DNA from: Bacteroidota bacterium
GTDB taxonomy: Bacteria; Bacteroidota; JABWAT01
Reading direction: 5' to 3'
DNA: 64,000 nucleotides
Assembly: GCA_013360915.1 (NCBI GenBank)
Contig: JABWAT010000001.1
Span: forward strand, 468,981-532,980
The first letter of the stretch is position 1. Every line of letters begins with the position of its first letter. Shown here one piece after another: positions 17,666 through 27,218 of this stretch. The position numbers and the translations under genes are program-made. The notes beneath the pieces were generated by a model that saw only the letters and a program-made list of their open reading frames with translations, ran no database searches and was not told the origin of the DNA.

Positions 17666-20122
17666 TCAGGATTTCCAGCGAAGGCTGACAGAGTTTACAA
17701 CCACCGATACCGAGCTGGCTGACATGGCCGCGGCCGCATAGATCGGAATCAGAACCCCTGTCATGGCAAGGGGGATCATCACCACGTTATAAACAAGCGC
17801 CCAGAAGAGGTTTTGCCTGATTTTCCGCTGGGTGCGTGCAGCCAGGAAAAGCACACGACCAATGGAATGAAGGTGGTTGTTCAGAAGAACCACCCCCGAG
17901 TTGTCGAGGGTGATCCGGTTTCCCTCGCCCATGGCAATTCCCACATCGGCCAATCCCAGCGCGGGAGCATCATTAACTCCGTCGCCGATCATGAGGATGC
18001 GGCTTCCATTCCGGCTGAATTCCCTGATCTTTTCGAGTTTATCATCAGGCGACTGTTCATACAGACAGTCCGCCCGGTCAAGTCCGAGTGAATGGGCCAG
18101 GCCCAGCACATTTTCCTTCCGGTCACCCGAAAGGACAGTGATCCTGTATCCATTTTTCTTCAGATGTCGAATGGCATCTGCTGCCTCGGGGCGAATGGAA
18201 TCTTCCACCAAAAAAACAAACTGAAGGGTTCCGTTGATGGAAACAAAGACCGGTACACTTCCGGGAGCTCCGGTAAATTGATCCAATCCGTAATCCTGAG
18301 GGAACAAAACGGATTGTTCTTTCATCCAGCTCATGTTTCCAGCAGCAACCCACAGGCCTTCCACCTGAAACCGGATTCCACGGCCCGGGACACTTTCAGG
18401 ATTGGAGTAATCACCATACCGGCCAAACTGCTCGAGCCCCCAGGAACTGATTGCTTTTGCAACCGGGTGAAAAATTTCCGTTTCGGCATGAGCCAATGAG
18501 GACAGGACCGGATCGGTGATGGGTCTTTCACCCACCCTCCTGACTTCAGCCACACGCATCACCCCGGTTGTTAATGTGCCAGTTTTATCGAAAACGATAT
18601 GATCGACCTTAACCAGATTTTCAAGAACATCTCCCGATTTGATGAGAAGTCCTTTACCCAGGGCAACTCCATTACCCACCAGGATGGCCATGGGAGTGGC
18701 GATGGCCAGTGCACAGGGACAGGCAATCACCAGCACTGCCACAGCCGTCAGAAAAGGAGAAATTCCCGTCCCGGCCAGATGGTGATAGAAGCCAGTCAAA
18801 GCTGCAAGAGCCAGAATTATGTAAATAAACACTGCCGACACCCGGTCCACCAACCGGCTCAGGGGGGATTTGGTGAGTTGTGATTCCTCAATCAGTTCCA
18901 TCACGCGACTCAGAACGGTTCCCTCTCCGGTTCCGGTTACCCGGATGGTAACCGTCGAAACCAGGTTCCTGCTTCCCGAAATCACCGCATCGCCCTTCAT
19001 TTTTTCGACAGGAACCGACTCTCCGGTCAGCAGTGACTCATCGAAGGCAGACACCCCGGTCATCAGAATGCCATCCACTGGAATGCGGTCTCCGGGATAG
19101 AATTCAAGCTCATCCCCAAGACTTACCTGGTCCATGGCAACCGTTTCCCGCCCGGAACCGGAAACACGGGTGACCGATTCCACCCTGAATTCATCATACT
19201 TATCCGATTCCCGCAGCACCATCCGTTTAACTTTAATCTCTACATACCTTCCAAGCAGGATAAAAAAGATAAGCATGTTGGCTGTATCGTAATAGGTTTC
19301 CCCTTCCCCGGTGATGGTATGAACCGTACTCAGGAAAAACGCTGACAGGGTTCCCAAGGCAATGAGAAAATCCATGCCTGGTTTTCGGGCCTTAATGTTC
19401 TGCCAGGCACCGAGAATAATGGGTTTTCCTGCATAGAATACCCCTGGGATGGTCAGAACCAGGTTAATCCACTGAAGAAATCCCTTCATCACAGGGTCGA
19501 TTCCCTGGAAAAAGCCGGCATATAAACCGATGGATATCAGCATGACATTCATCGAAAGGAAAGCTGAAGCCCCCAACCGTATGGTCAGATCCTTCGACTC
19601 AGCTTCCATGGTTGGTTTTTCGGCGGTCGGGTTAAAAGGATAGGCGTAATATCCGATGCCAGAAATGGTATTCAGAATGGTGGGAATGGTCACCAGCCGG
19701 TTGTCCCAGCGGACACGTGCCCGGTGGGTGGCCGGATTGATCGAAAAATCAAGCACACCGGGTAACCGTCTGACCACTTCTTCACTGGAAAACACACAGG
19801 CCGCACAGTGAATTTTCTCGATTTTAAGATAAACCAGCTTGATGTAACCGTCACCCCGGACAAATTGACGGGTCATTTCATCCAGTTTTTTTTGCTCCTC
19901 AGGGGTCAGTTCAATCGGCGAACGGTCCTCTGGAAGACCAAACTCTTTTCTCTGGAGGTTATAAATATCATCATACCCCAGGTTTTTTAAAGTTTTCCAT
20001 GAAAATTCACATCCGGGGCAGCAAAAATGCCGGTCCACTCCCTGCAGACTAACGGTGGTCAGTTGTCTGGGGGCGGTCAGTTTTGAGCAGTGATCACAGT
20101 AAAAAAGGGAACCTTTCTGCAT
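17666..20122 (-). CDS. ccoI: Copper-translocating P1B-type ATPase CcoI/FixI
   Basis: 818 aa. It has CPC (IACPCALAIATP), DKTGTLT and GDGVNDAPAL motifs, and an N-terminal Cys-rich domain (CDHC...CPGCEF). Confidence 0.9.
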   Translation of the reverse strand: MQKGSLFYCDHCSKLTAPRQLTTVSLQGVDRHFCCPGCEFSWKTLKNLGYDDIYNLQRKEFGLPEDRSPIELTPEEQKKLDEMTRQFVRGDGYIKLVYLKIEKIHCAACVFSSEEVVRRLPGVLDFSINPATHRARVRWDNRLVTIPTILNTISGIGYYAYPFNPTAEKPTMEAESKDLTIRLGASAFLSMNVMLISIGLYAGFFQGIDPVMKGFLQWINLVLTIPGVFYAGKPIILGAWQNIKARKPGMDFLIALGTLSAFFLSTVHTITGEGETYYDTANMLIFFILLGRYVEIKVKRMVLRESDKYDEFRVESVTRVSGSGRETVAMDQVSLGDELEFYPGDRIPVDGILMTGVSAFDESLLTGESVPVEKMKGDAVISGSRNLVSTVTIRVTGTGEGTVLSRVMELIEESQLTKSPLSRLVDRVSAVFIYIILALAALTGFYHHLAGTGISPFLTAVAVLVIACPCALAIATPMAILVGNGVALGKGLLIKSGDVLENLVKVDHIVFDKTGTLTTGVMRVAEVRRVGERPITDPVLSSLAHAETEIFHPVAKAISSWGLEQFGRYGDYSNPESVPGRGIRFQVEGLWVAAGNMSWMKEQSVLFPQDYGLDQFTGAPGSVPVFVSINGTLQFVFLVEDSIRPEAADAIRHLKKNGYRITVLSGDRKENVLGLAHSLGLDRADCLYEQSPDDKLEKIREFSRNGSRILMIGDGVNDAPALGLADVGIAMGEGNRITLDNSGVVLLNNHLHSIGRVLFLAARTQRKIRQNLFWALVYNVVMIPLAMTGVLIPIYAAAAMSASSVSVVVNSVSLRWKS

Positions 20123-20123
20123 A

Positions 20124-20600
20124 TCAGCGAATGATCATCCTGAATTCTTTTCGGAAATCGAAGGATCCGGCGGGCACGGTGGTTCGGATGAACCATTCAC
20201 CTTTTTCTGTGAATTGAACAGGAATGACCCAGGTGGAGTCAGTTGAAGGAAGTTGCAGAATTTTCTGGTCAGGTGTGGTCCCGGTGGCCCTGTACAGGAT
20301 AATTCTGGCGGTATCGGTTTCCAGATTCAACATTTTTGATGGATAAAACGAAAGACTCAGGGTTTGGGGACCGGTCGTCAGGGAACTGACTGCCATTTTC
20401 AGATCCAAACCCGATTTTTCCTGAATCTGGCGACGATCCGATTCGGGTTGAAAAAAGTCCTGCTGGGTCTTGTAGTCATCCTTAACCGGCGGAATGAACA
20501 ACTCTTTTCCAACCCACACGATATGGACCAATCCGCCAATGAGAAGAATGAAAAAAAAGACAATGGTGGCGGGCCACCAGTTAATTCCGTTTTTACTCAC
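20124..20600 (-). CDS. ccoH: FixH/CcoH-family protein
   Basis: 158 aa with a single N-terminal TM helix and a periplasmic beta-rich domain. It lies between ccoG and ccoI. Confidence 0.65.
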   Translation of the reverse strand: MSKNGINWWPATIVFFFILLIGGLVHIVWVGKELFIPPVKDDYKTQQDFFQPESDRRQIQEKSGLDLKMAVSSLTTGPQTLSLSFYPSKMLNLETDTARIILYRATGTTPDQKILQLPSTDSTWVIPVQFTEKGEWFIRTTVPAGSFDFRKEFRMIIR

Positions 20601-21816
20601 GTGTAAATCCCTGATTAAAGTCTGTCGTCTGAAGTCTGGTCTGAAGTCTGATGGTCACCGTCTGAACAGAATCTGTTTCCCGGCTGCGGATCATCAGGGG
20701 CAACCGGATGCGCTCCCCTGCCTGAACCAGAACCGAATCGATGGCAGGAATCATGCTGAAGCGTTGGTCCGGAACCGAAATTCTGATCCATTCCGGGCTT
20801 TTTCCATGATTATCAGCCGAAATCCAATATCCGTTCACTCTGTCTTCACCTACCTGCCGTGCCACCATATCGGTGTTTCGGGTCACCGTCAATTCGACGG
20901 TTTGGTGGGTAACCACAAAAAAACCTGTCAAAAGTAGCAGAACCACACCACCTGCTCCAAATAAGGTGGCATTATCATGCAGCAGGGACTGACGGGTTTC
21001 CCTCGAGTGATAACTGACCAGGTTTTCTTTTCCCTTTCTGGTCATGATAGGCTCACATGCATCAATACAAGCCCCGCAGGCAATACAGGCCATCTGCAAT
21101 CCATCCCGGATGTCAATTCCGGCCGGACAGACGCGTGAACACATGGTACATTGGGTGCAATCATTTTCACGGCTTTTATCAAAGCCGATAATCAGTGTGG
21201 TGGGCTTAAAAATGGCACTTTGTAACTTGGCGTAAGGGCAGATGTATTCACAGAAAGACTGCCGTACAATGGCAATATCCAGAAACAGGACCAGAAAAGT
21301 GACGATTAGCGATCCGGCAAGAAAGACAGAAACCGAACCGGATGACAAACGGTCAGAAAATTCGTATGGGCTGATAAAGTACCAGATAATATCAAGGGTC
21401 ACCAGACAGATGAAAAGAAAAATGGTGAACCAGGTTCCTGCCATTCTTAAGGCACGTTCGGTTCCCCGGATTGATTGACGGGGCATCCAGAATTTTTCAA
21501 ACCATCTGACGAAGTCTGTCAGAATGGTTTGCGGACAGATCCATCCGCACCAGATCCTTCCCCAAACCATGGTTACCCAGATCAGCAAAGCGGTCAGTGC
21601 CAGGGTGAGTGACAGGAAAATATGGAAATCGGTAAATGAATAAACCGAGAAAAATAAATGATATTCCATCCGTTCAACATCAAAACGGAAAAAGCTGATG
21701 CCATCGGAAACTAAAAACGGAATGCCAATCATGATCAGAAAAAACAAACTGATCGTCCACCGTCTTCTGGCTGCAAATTTGCCTTTTTCAGGGTAATAGT
21801 AAGGGACCTTGCGCAT
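20593..21816 (-). CDS. ccoG: Cytochrome c oxidase accessory protein CcoG/FixG (polyferredoxin)
   Basis: 407 aa with TM helices and two 4Fe-4S cluster motifs: CTQCTMCSRVCP and CIACGACIDACE. Confidence 0.85.
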   Translation of the reverse strand: MRKVPYYYPEKGKFAARRRWTISLFFLIMIGIPFLVSDGISFFRFDVERMEYHLFFSVYSFTDFHIFLSLTLALTALLIWVTMVWGRIWCGWICPQTILTDFVRWFEKFWMPRQSIRGTERALRMAGTWFTIFLFICLVTLDIIWYFISPYEFSDRLSSGSVSVFLAGSLIVTFLVLFLDIAIVRQSFCEYICPYAKLQSAIFKPTTLIIGFDKSRENDCTQCTMCSRVCPAGIDIRDGLQMACIACGACIDACEPIMTRKGKENLVSYHSRETRQSLLHDNATLFGAGGVVLLLLTGFFVVTHQTVELTVTRNTDMVARQVGEDRVNGYWISADNHGKSPEWIRISVPDQRFSMIPAIDSVLVQAGERIRLPLMIRSRETDSVQTVTIRLQTRLQTTDFNQGFTRE

Positions 21817-21887
21817 GTTATTTTCCTCTGTTTTCTTTCAGAGGATTCTTTGAGTGGGTGGTGTCACCGGACAGGATGAGAATCCGG

Positions 21888-21924
21888 TTAAAAAAAAGCC
21901 GGTACCAGAACCTGATACCGGCTT
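21888..21924 (-). terminator. Intrinsic terminator after ccoP: 12-bp stem with 1 mismatch (agccggtaccag / ctgataccggct) followed by an 8-nt U-tract on the minus strand.
   Basis: Read directly. It lies in the 130-nt gap between the ccoP stop and the ccoG start. Confidence 0.55.
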
Positions 21925-21946
21925 TTGTGCTCAATTGCAGAATAGC

Positions 21947-22480
21947 TCAGGGCTTGACAGACAGCGAGTGCACAAAGGCAGTCAGTTTGAGTAAATCATC
22001 CTGGCTGAATTGTGTTTTGTAGCCGGGCATGCCTTTCGGACGACCAACTTCAATGGATTTGTAGATGGGTTTCGGGTCACCACCATACAACCACTCTGCA
22101 TCATTCAGGACAGGACCGATTCCGCCTTCACCTGCAGCGCCATGGCATGGAGAACAAGTTGCTGCGTAGGTGGTTCCTCCTGCTGCAATTGCCTCGGCAA
22201 CACCATAGTACATATCATACTGAATGGTATCCGCAGTGGCTGCTGCTTTTTTCTTTTCATAAACAGCCATGGTCTCTTTAAACTCACCTTCCTGAGTCCA
22301 TCCGGAAATTCCCGGCAGGTACTGCGGAATGTAATAAACACCAAAAGCCAGCAGAATCAGGGCAAGTACAATAAAGCTGAAGGGCAATTTGTGCTTGCTT
22401 TCATTCCGGTATGAAATATCATCGTAATCGGATTCAGGTTTTGGTTTTTCCTGATTTTCCATTTGAAAACTCCTCGTCAT
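21947..22480 (-). CDS. ccoP: Monoheme c-type cytochrome, CcoP-like subunit of cbb3 oxidase
   Basis: 177 aa with one TM helix and a single CXXCH (CSPCHG). It is downstream of ccoO. The real start may be the second Met (MENQEKPK). Confidence 0.75.
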   Translation of the reverse strand: MTRSFQMENQEKPKPESDYDDISYRNESKHKLPFSFIVLALILLAFGVYYIPQYLPGISGWTQEGEFKETMAVYEKKKAAATADTIQYDMYYGVAEAIAAGGTTYAATCSPCHGAAGEGGIGPVLNDAEWLYGGDPKPIYKSIEVGRPKGMPGYKTQFSQDDLLKLTAFVHSLSVKP

Positions 22481-22598
22481 CGTTTAAAATATCGTACTTC
22501 GGCTGCTCGACCGATTCTTTTACAGAATTTCTGTAATAATAAATAATGATCCCGATCATGATCAACCCGAGTACAACCGTAAGAATTACATATGCCAT
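22434..22598 (-). CDS. ccoQ: Small single-TM protein, candidate CcoQ/FixQ. Not in the ORF track because it is under 60 aa.
   Basis: Hand translation gives MAYVILTVVLGLIMIGIIIYYYRNSVKESVEQPKYDILNDDEEFSNGKSGKTKT (54 aa). One hydrophobic helix fills the ccoO-ccoP gap exactly where ccoQ sits in ccoNOQP operons. The ORF overlaps the annotated ccoP start. Confidence 0.4.
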   Translation of the reverse strand: MAYVILTVVLGLIMIGIIIYYYRNSVKESVEQPKYDILNDDEEFSNGKSGKTKT

Positions 22599-22612
22599 TT
22601 GGTTTTTGATCC

Positions 22613-23290
22613 TTATTGCACCTGAGCGGAATCGGATGGGGCTGGAGCCGGTGCAGGTTCTTCGATGGTTTCCACGGGTGCTTTGGCAATCATGGTACCC
22701 AAAACCTGAAGATAGGCAACCATGGCGTCCATTTCCGTTTTTCCATCAAGTTGTGCAGGAGCGGCTGCAATTTCTTCATCCGTGTATGGAACACCCAGCG
22801 TTTGGAGGGCTTTCATACGGGCGGTGATAGAACCTGCATCGGCCGGACGGGTTTCGAGCCAGGGATACGCCGGCATGTTCGAATCCTTCACGATTGACCG
22901 CGGATCCTTCATATGCTGAACGTGCCAGCTGTCGGGATACTTACCTCCGATCCGTGCCAGATCCGGGCCAGTCCGTTTGGAACCCCACAGGAAAGGCCTG
23001 TCATAGGCAAACTCACCCGATTTGGAGAATTCCCCATACCGTAACACCTCATCCCGTAAAGGACGGACCGTTTGAGTATGGCAATTGTTGCAGCCTTCGC
23101 GGATGTAGATATCGCGGCCTTCAAGTTCGAGCGCTGTGTATGGCCGGACTGTATCGATTTTTACTTCCATGGATTCCATGAAAAGCGGAATGAAGGCTGT
23201 AATCACGCTACCAATGAGAATGACCAGTAAGGCCAGTACAATCATAAGGAGCGGTTTACGCTCGACGATGTTAACCGATTGATCACTCAT
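22613..23290 (-). CDS. ccoO: cbb3-type cytochrome c oxidase subunit II (monoheme)
   Basis: 225 aa with a TM anchor and the heme motif CNNCHTQ. It overlaps the ccoN stop by 4 nt. Confidence 0.9.
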   Translation of the reverse strand: MSDQSVNIVERKPLLMIVLALLVILIGSVITAFIPLFMESMEVKIDTVRPYTALELEGRDIYIREGCNNCHTQTVRPLRDEVLRYGEFSKSGEFAYDRPFLWGSKRTGPDLARIGGKYPDSWHVQHMKDPRSIVKDSNMPAYPWLETRPADAGSITARMKALQTLGVPYTDEEIAAAPAQLDGKTEMDAMVAYLQVLGTMIAKAPVETIEEPAPAPAPSDSAQVQ

Positions 23291-24753
23291 ATGGCACCTG
23301 CTGTCTTGACTGAACCTGCTGGTTCGTTTTCTTTAGAACTTTGAATGGTTTTATACATGTTCCAGGCAAACACAATAAATCCGGCAATAAAGATCACCCC
23401 GCCCACTGCGCGTAAATCCCAATAAGGATACGAGGCTGTGATGCTGTCCTGAATGGTGTATTTCAGACTTCCATCCGGATTGGTGGCTTTCCACATGGCG
23501 CCCTGCATGATGCCGGCAATCCACATGGTGATGGAATAAATAATCTGTCCGGTAAAGACGAGCCAGAAGTGCAGATTGGCCAGCCGGACCGAATACAGGT
23601 CGGTTTTATATAATTTCGGAATCACATAGTAGAAGGAAGCCATAATGGTCATAGCAAACCATCCCATGGTACCCATGTGAACGTGTCCCGGAACCCAATC
23701 GGTGTAATGGATCAGGGATGAAATGGACCGGATGGCCTGAGAAGGTCCCTGAAGGGTCTGCAGACCATAGAAGGTGATACCCATGATAAAAAACTTGGTC
23801 AGATAATTGGTACGCATCTGTTCCCAGTTTCCATTCATGGTCAGATAACCGTTGATGACCGATCCCCAACTGGGTGCAATCAGCATGATGGAAAAAGCAA
23901 TGGCCACCGTCTGAATCCAATCGGGAACCGGTGTCCAGATCAGGTGGTGGGCACCCGTCCACAAATACAGGAAGATCAATGACCAGAAAGCCACCAGGCT
24001 CAGACGATGGCTGTAAAGCGGAAGACCCGTGACTTTCGGGAGGAAGTAGAAAAAGATGGCCAGAATCGGAGCCGTGAAAATCATGGCAACGATGTTATGA
24101 CCATACCACCACTGCATGTTGGCATCATTCACACCTGCGTAGAGTGAATACGATTTGAACAAACCTGCTGGCAATGCCAGGTTGTTGAAAATATACAGGA
24201 TGGCCACCCCAAGTACCGAGGCGATGATGTACCAGAGTGATACATACATCTTATCGACGGTTTTGGTAAAAATGGTACCCAGCATGTTAATCGCATACAT
24301 GACCCAAACCAGCACGACCATGATGTCGACCGGCCATTCGAGTTCAGCATATTCCTTGGAACTGCTGTAACCAAGGCTGAGTGTAATCACAGCCACCACG
24401 ATGGTGAGGTTGTAAAACCAGAACATGGCTTTGGCAATTCCCGGTGCGAAAAGCGGTGCCTTGCTTAACCGGGGAACAAAGTAATAGGTCAACGCAAAAA
24501 TTCCAGAAAGACCAAAACCGAGTGCAGAGCCATTGGTATGGATAGCCCGGATTCTTCCATAAGTGAAATATTCGCTGAAATTTAATTGGGGATAGACCAT
24601 CTGGAGAGAAATCAGCACACCATATAACAGGGATGCCAGACCCCAGACAATCATTGACACAGTGAACGCTTTCACTGGCCAACTGTCATAACGTTCTTCC
24701 ATGAGCTCCTCTTTCGGTTTGAGTTCAGTCCTGCTGATCATCCGGCCGCACAA
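23287..24753 (-). CDS. ccoN: cbb3-type cytochrome c oxidase subunit I
   Basis: 488 aa, 12+ TM, with the His-rich signature of heme-copper oxidases. It is encoded separately from ccoO, not as a ccoNO fusion. Confidence 0.9.
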   Translation of the reverse strand: MCGRMISRTELKPKEELMEERYDSWPVKAFTVSMIVWGLASLLYGVLISLQMVYPQLNFSEYFTYGRIRAIHTNGSALGFGLSGIFALTYYFVPRLSKAPLFAPGIAKAMFWFYNLTIVVAVITLSLGYSSSKEYAELEWPVDIMVVLVWVMYAINMLGTIFTKTVDKMYVSLWYIIASVLGVAILYIFNNLALPAGLFKSYSLYAGVNDANMQWWYGHNIVAMIFTAPILAIFFYFLPKVTGLPLYSHRLSLVAFWSLIFLYLWTGAHHLIWTPVPDWIQTVAIAFSIMLIAPSWGSVINGYLTMNGNWEQMRTNYLTKFFIMGITFYGLQTLQGPSQAIRSISSLIHYTDWVPGHVHMGTMGWFAMTIMASFYYVIPKLYKTDLYSVRLANLHFWLVFTGQIIYSITMWIAGIMQGAMWKATNPDGSLKYTIQDSITASYPYWDLRAVGGVIFIAGFIVFAWNMYKTIQSSKENEPAGSVKTAGAI

Positions 24754-24927
24754 GCCCCGGGATTCATCAGGTACGGCTGCAAATATTTGCCTCGGTTCCT
24801 CTGATTTCTACTTTTTTTGTAATTTTTTCTGATTTCTAATTCTGCTCTAATAAAAGTCTCCATTTTTTATAAATCTGATTGGTGTTAACCCGATATACAT
24901 ATTATCAGGTCTTTTTTTCTGCTTGAA

Positions 24928-25143
24928 TCACCCGGGGAAGTTAAGAGAAAGTTGTGTATCCTGATCAGGGTCCTTTTTTACCCGATTCAGGCGGAGGAGT
25001 CGTTCCAGGTCGGGATGGCATGAATGACAACCTGTACCAGCCAATGTAAAATGTCCCAGCATTTCCACCGAAGAGGCTCCCCGGAGGATGGCTGCGACCA
25101 CCTCCTGTTCCCCCACAGATTGACAAAAGCACACGAGAGACAT
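24928..25143 (-). CDS. BFD-like [2Fe-2S]-binding domain protein (~71 aa from an internal Met)
   Basis: MSLVCFCQSV...AGTGCHSCHPDLERLL matches the C-x-C...C-x-x-C pattern of bacterioferritin-associated ferredoxin. Its ATG overlaps the SDR stop by 1 nt. Confidence 0.65.
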   Translation of the reverse strand: MSLVCFCQSVGEQEVVAAILRGASSVEMLGHFTLAGTGCHSCHPDLERLLRLNRVKKDPDQDTQLSLNFPG

Positions 25144-25814
25144 TATTTGTTCAGACGAATGGTGGATCCGTTGATGGCCGAGCCGGCCGGACTGATGAGA
25201 AACTCTATAAGCGCGGCGATTTCTGCTGGTTTTATCCATTTGTCAAAGCCACCATCGGGCATTGCTGTCCGGTTGGATGCGGTATCGATGATGGCTGGAA
25301 CAAGGGTATTCACAGTAATTCCTTTGCCACCTGCTTCACGTGCCAGTGTATCGGCCAGATAATGCAAAGAGGCTTTGCTGGCGCCATAGGCACCATAACC
25401 GGGGGAAGGAGACAAACCAGCTTCGGCTCCGATGAAAAGGACCGATGCATGAGGACTGTTCTTCAGCGATGGAATGACCAGCGGGACCAGATCAGAGGCC
25501 GAGAAAAAATTCATCTGCATCATATGATGCACCTGTTGCAGGGGTGTCATTTCCAAGGTGGAGCCTCCCCAGAAACCACCCGCCAGGTGAAACCAGGCCA
25601 TCAGATCGCCTGTTTCATATAATCGATCTGCAAGTTTCTGTTGTCCGGAAAGGTCTCCGGCGGTCCATTGGACCCACTCAACCATCGGATGAACCAGACC
25701 GGGTTTCTGCCCGGACCACGTTCCCAGCACCCGGTACGATTTTGATGAAAAATGTTGAACCAGAGGTAACCCCAATTGACCGGATGCACCGGTTATCAGA
25801 ATGGTCTTCACCAT
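25143..25814 (-). CDS. SDR-family NAD(P)-dependent oxidoreductase
   Basis: 223 aa with the N-terminal Rossmann motif ILITGASGQLG. Confidence 0.75.
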   Translation of the reverse strand: MVKTILITGASGQLGLPLVQHFSSKSYRVLGTWSGQKPGLVHPMVEWVQWTAGDLSGQQKLADRLYETGDLMAWFHLAGGFWGGSTLEMTPLQQVHHMMQMNFFSASDLVPLVIPSLKNSPHASVLFIGAEAGLSPSPGYGAYGASKASLHYLADTLAREAGGKGITVNTLVPAIIDTASNRTAMPDGGFDKWIKPAEIAALIEFLISPAGSAINGSTIRLNK

Positions 25815-27202
25815 TATCGCTCCCAGTTTCTGCGTGTTTCTAGCCAGAAATCTTCATAATTGGCGAACCGGTCAAAAGTATACCCCACTATGACATCATC
25901 CACCCGGATCGGAGTGAATATCAATGGAATGTTCTGGCCCACCCGACGGTAAAAATAGTACCAGGTCAGTTGGGTGGGAGTCCATTCTACCATGACCGGA
26001 GGCCCAAGGACAATGTAGGTCATGCCCAGATCGGTGCGCCAACCCGGTTTATATCCTGAGAAAAACCGGTTGGCTTCTTCTGCCCGCTCATAGAATTGGG
26101 CAATTTTGCGTTTGGCAACGGCAGGGTTGCCTTCAGTCAGGTTCAACCAGAAAGCATCAAAGTTGGATTTCAGCAGGGAGTCTCCCCCGGAAACAATCCG
26201 TTCAAATTCAGAAGTGGTTGCCAGATAACGAACGACCGACACAGCATCATGAAGGTTTCTGATGTAGGGATGAGTTTCGGGAAAAACGTGGAACACTTCC
26301 TTTCTGGATGTATACGTCTGAACAGATGTCTTTACAAGCAATGTGGCATAATAAGTGCCCAGCTTCAGTGTATCGGGAAATGGAAGGTTTAACGAAAGAG
26401 TCCCTGTTGAATGAAGGGTCAGGGATGAATCCAACAGGGTGAACTGATAGAGCGGATCGGTCAGTTTATAGCCCCGGGTTTCAATGGAGCCCATAATGGG
26501 ATTCAATCCGTAAAGGGGTCGTGCAATCACGGTATCACTTTTAACCCGGGTGATCATCAAGAGTATTCTGGCATCCAGCGAATCGAGACCTGAATGACCA
26601 ATGTCAAAAGAGATCTGGGCTTCCCTGCCCGGTCCGATTGGAAGCTGTTTGGTCACAGATACATCCCCGAAGTTAGGAGAATCGAGAAACCGGATGGAAG
26701 AGAGCTGAATTTTGTAGTCTTTCGGGTCGATGGTGTAAACTGTGGTAATCTTATAATCTGATCCGGAAATTTCATCGGTCACCAAACCTTCGACCCGAAA
26801 TCCACCTGATTCCAGAGGAAGTCCGACCTGAATTTTCTCAAAGACCTGTTGCTGGGTTTCCTCATAGGATTTCAACTGTCTTGCGATCAAAATGGTGGTA
26901 TCGAGTACAACCGTTCCCGTTATTTTACTGACCTGGAGTCTGAGCTGAAGGGAACCATGGTACGAATCCCCGTTTTGCGCAAAGGTGATTTCGTTCCGGG
27001 GAATCTGCAGAGAGAAATAGATCCGGGATTGATTATCCCTGATCATTGAATACAAGGCGTAATTGATATGTTTGCGGGTGAAAGGATTCATCTGATCAGA
27101 GATATATTCTCTGACCGAATCGGAAGGTGCACAGCCCTGAATCAGGCCTGCCAAGATTGGCAGACTCCATGCAAGGCCCTTCAAAACTCGTTTCATGACC
27201 AC
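25814..27202 (-). CDS. GWxTD domain-containing secreted protein/lipoprotein
   Basis: 462 aa. The signal peptide includes Cys (LIQGCAP). The C-terminal motif is GWRTDLGMTYIVLGPP, i.e. GWxTD. Confidence 0.75.
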   Translation of the reverse strand: MVMKRVLKGLAWSLPILAGLIQGCAPSDSVREYISDQMNPFTRKHINYALYSMIRDNQSRIYFSLQIPRNEITFAQNGDSYHGSLQLRLQVSKITGTVVLDTTILIARQLKSYEETQQQVFEKIQVGLPLESGGFRVEGLVTDEISGSDYKITTVYTIDPKDYKIQLSSIRFLDSPNFGDVSVTKQLPIGPGREAQISFDIGHSGLDSLDARILLMITRVKSDTVIARPLYGLNPIMGSIETRGYKLTDPLYQFTLLDSSLTLHSTGTLSLNLPFPDTLKLGTYYATLLVKTSVQTYTSRKEVFHVFPETHPYIRNLHDAVSVVRYLATTSEFERIVSGGDSLLKSNFDAFWLNLTEGNPAVAKRKIAQFYERAEEANRFFSGYKPGWRTDLGMTYIVLGPPVMVEWTPTQLTWYYFYRRVGQNIPLIFTPIRVDDVIVGYTFDRFANYEDFWLETRRNWER

Positions 27203-27218
27203 CCTCCGTTCTTAATCA

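Noticed and set aside
22477-22689. 70-aa minus-strand ORF in the ccoO-ccoP interval as a ccoQ candidate
   Set aside because: The protein is basic with no TM helix (MPKHPWKPSKNLHRLQ...). A different frame encodes a 54-aa protein with a clear TM helix, and that is the better CcoQ candidate.
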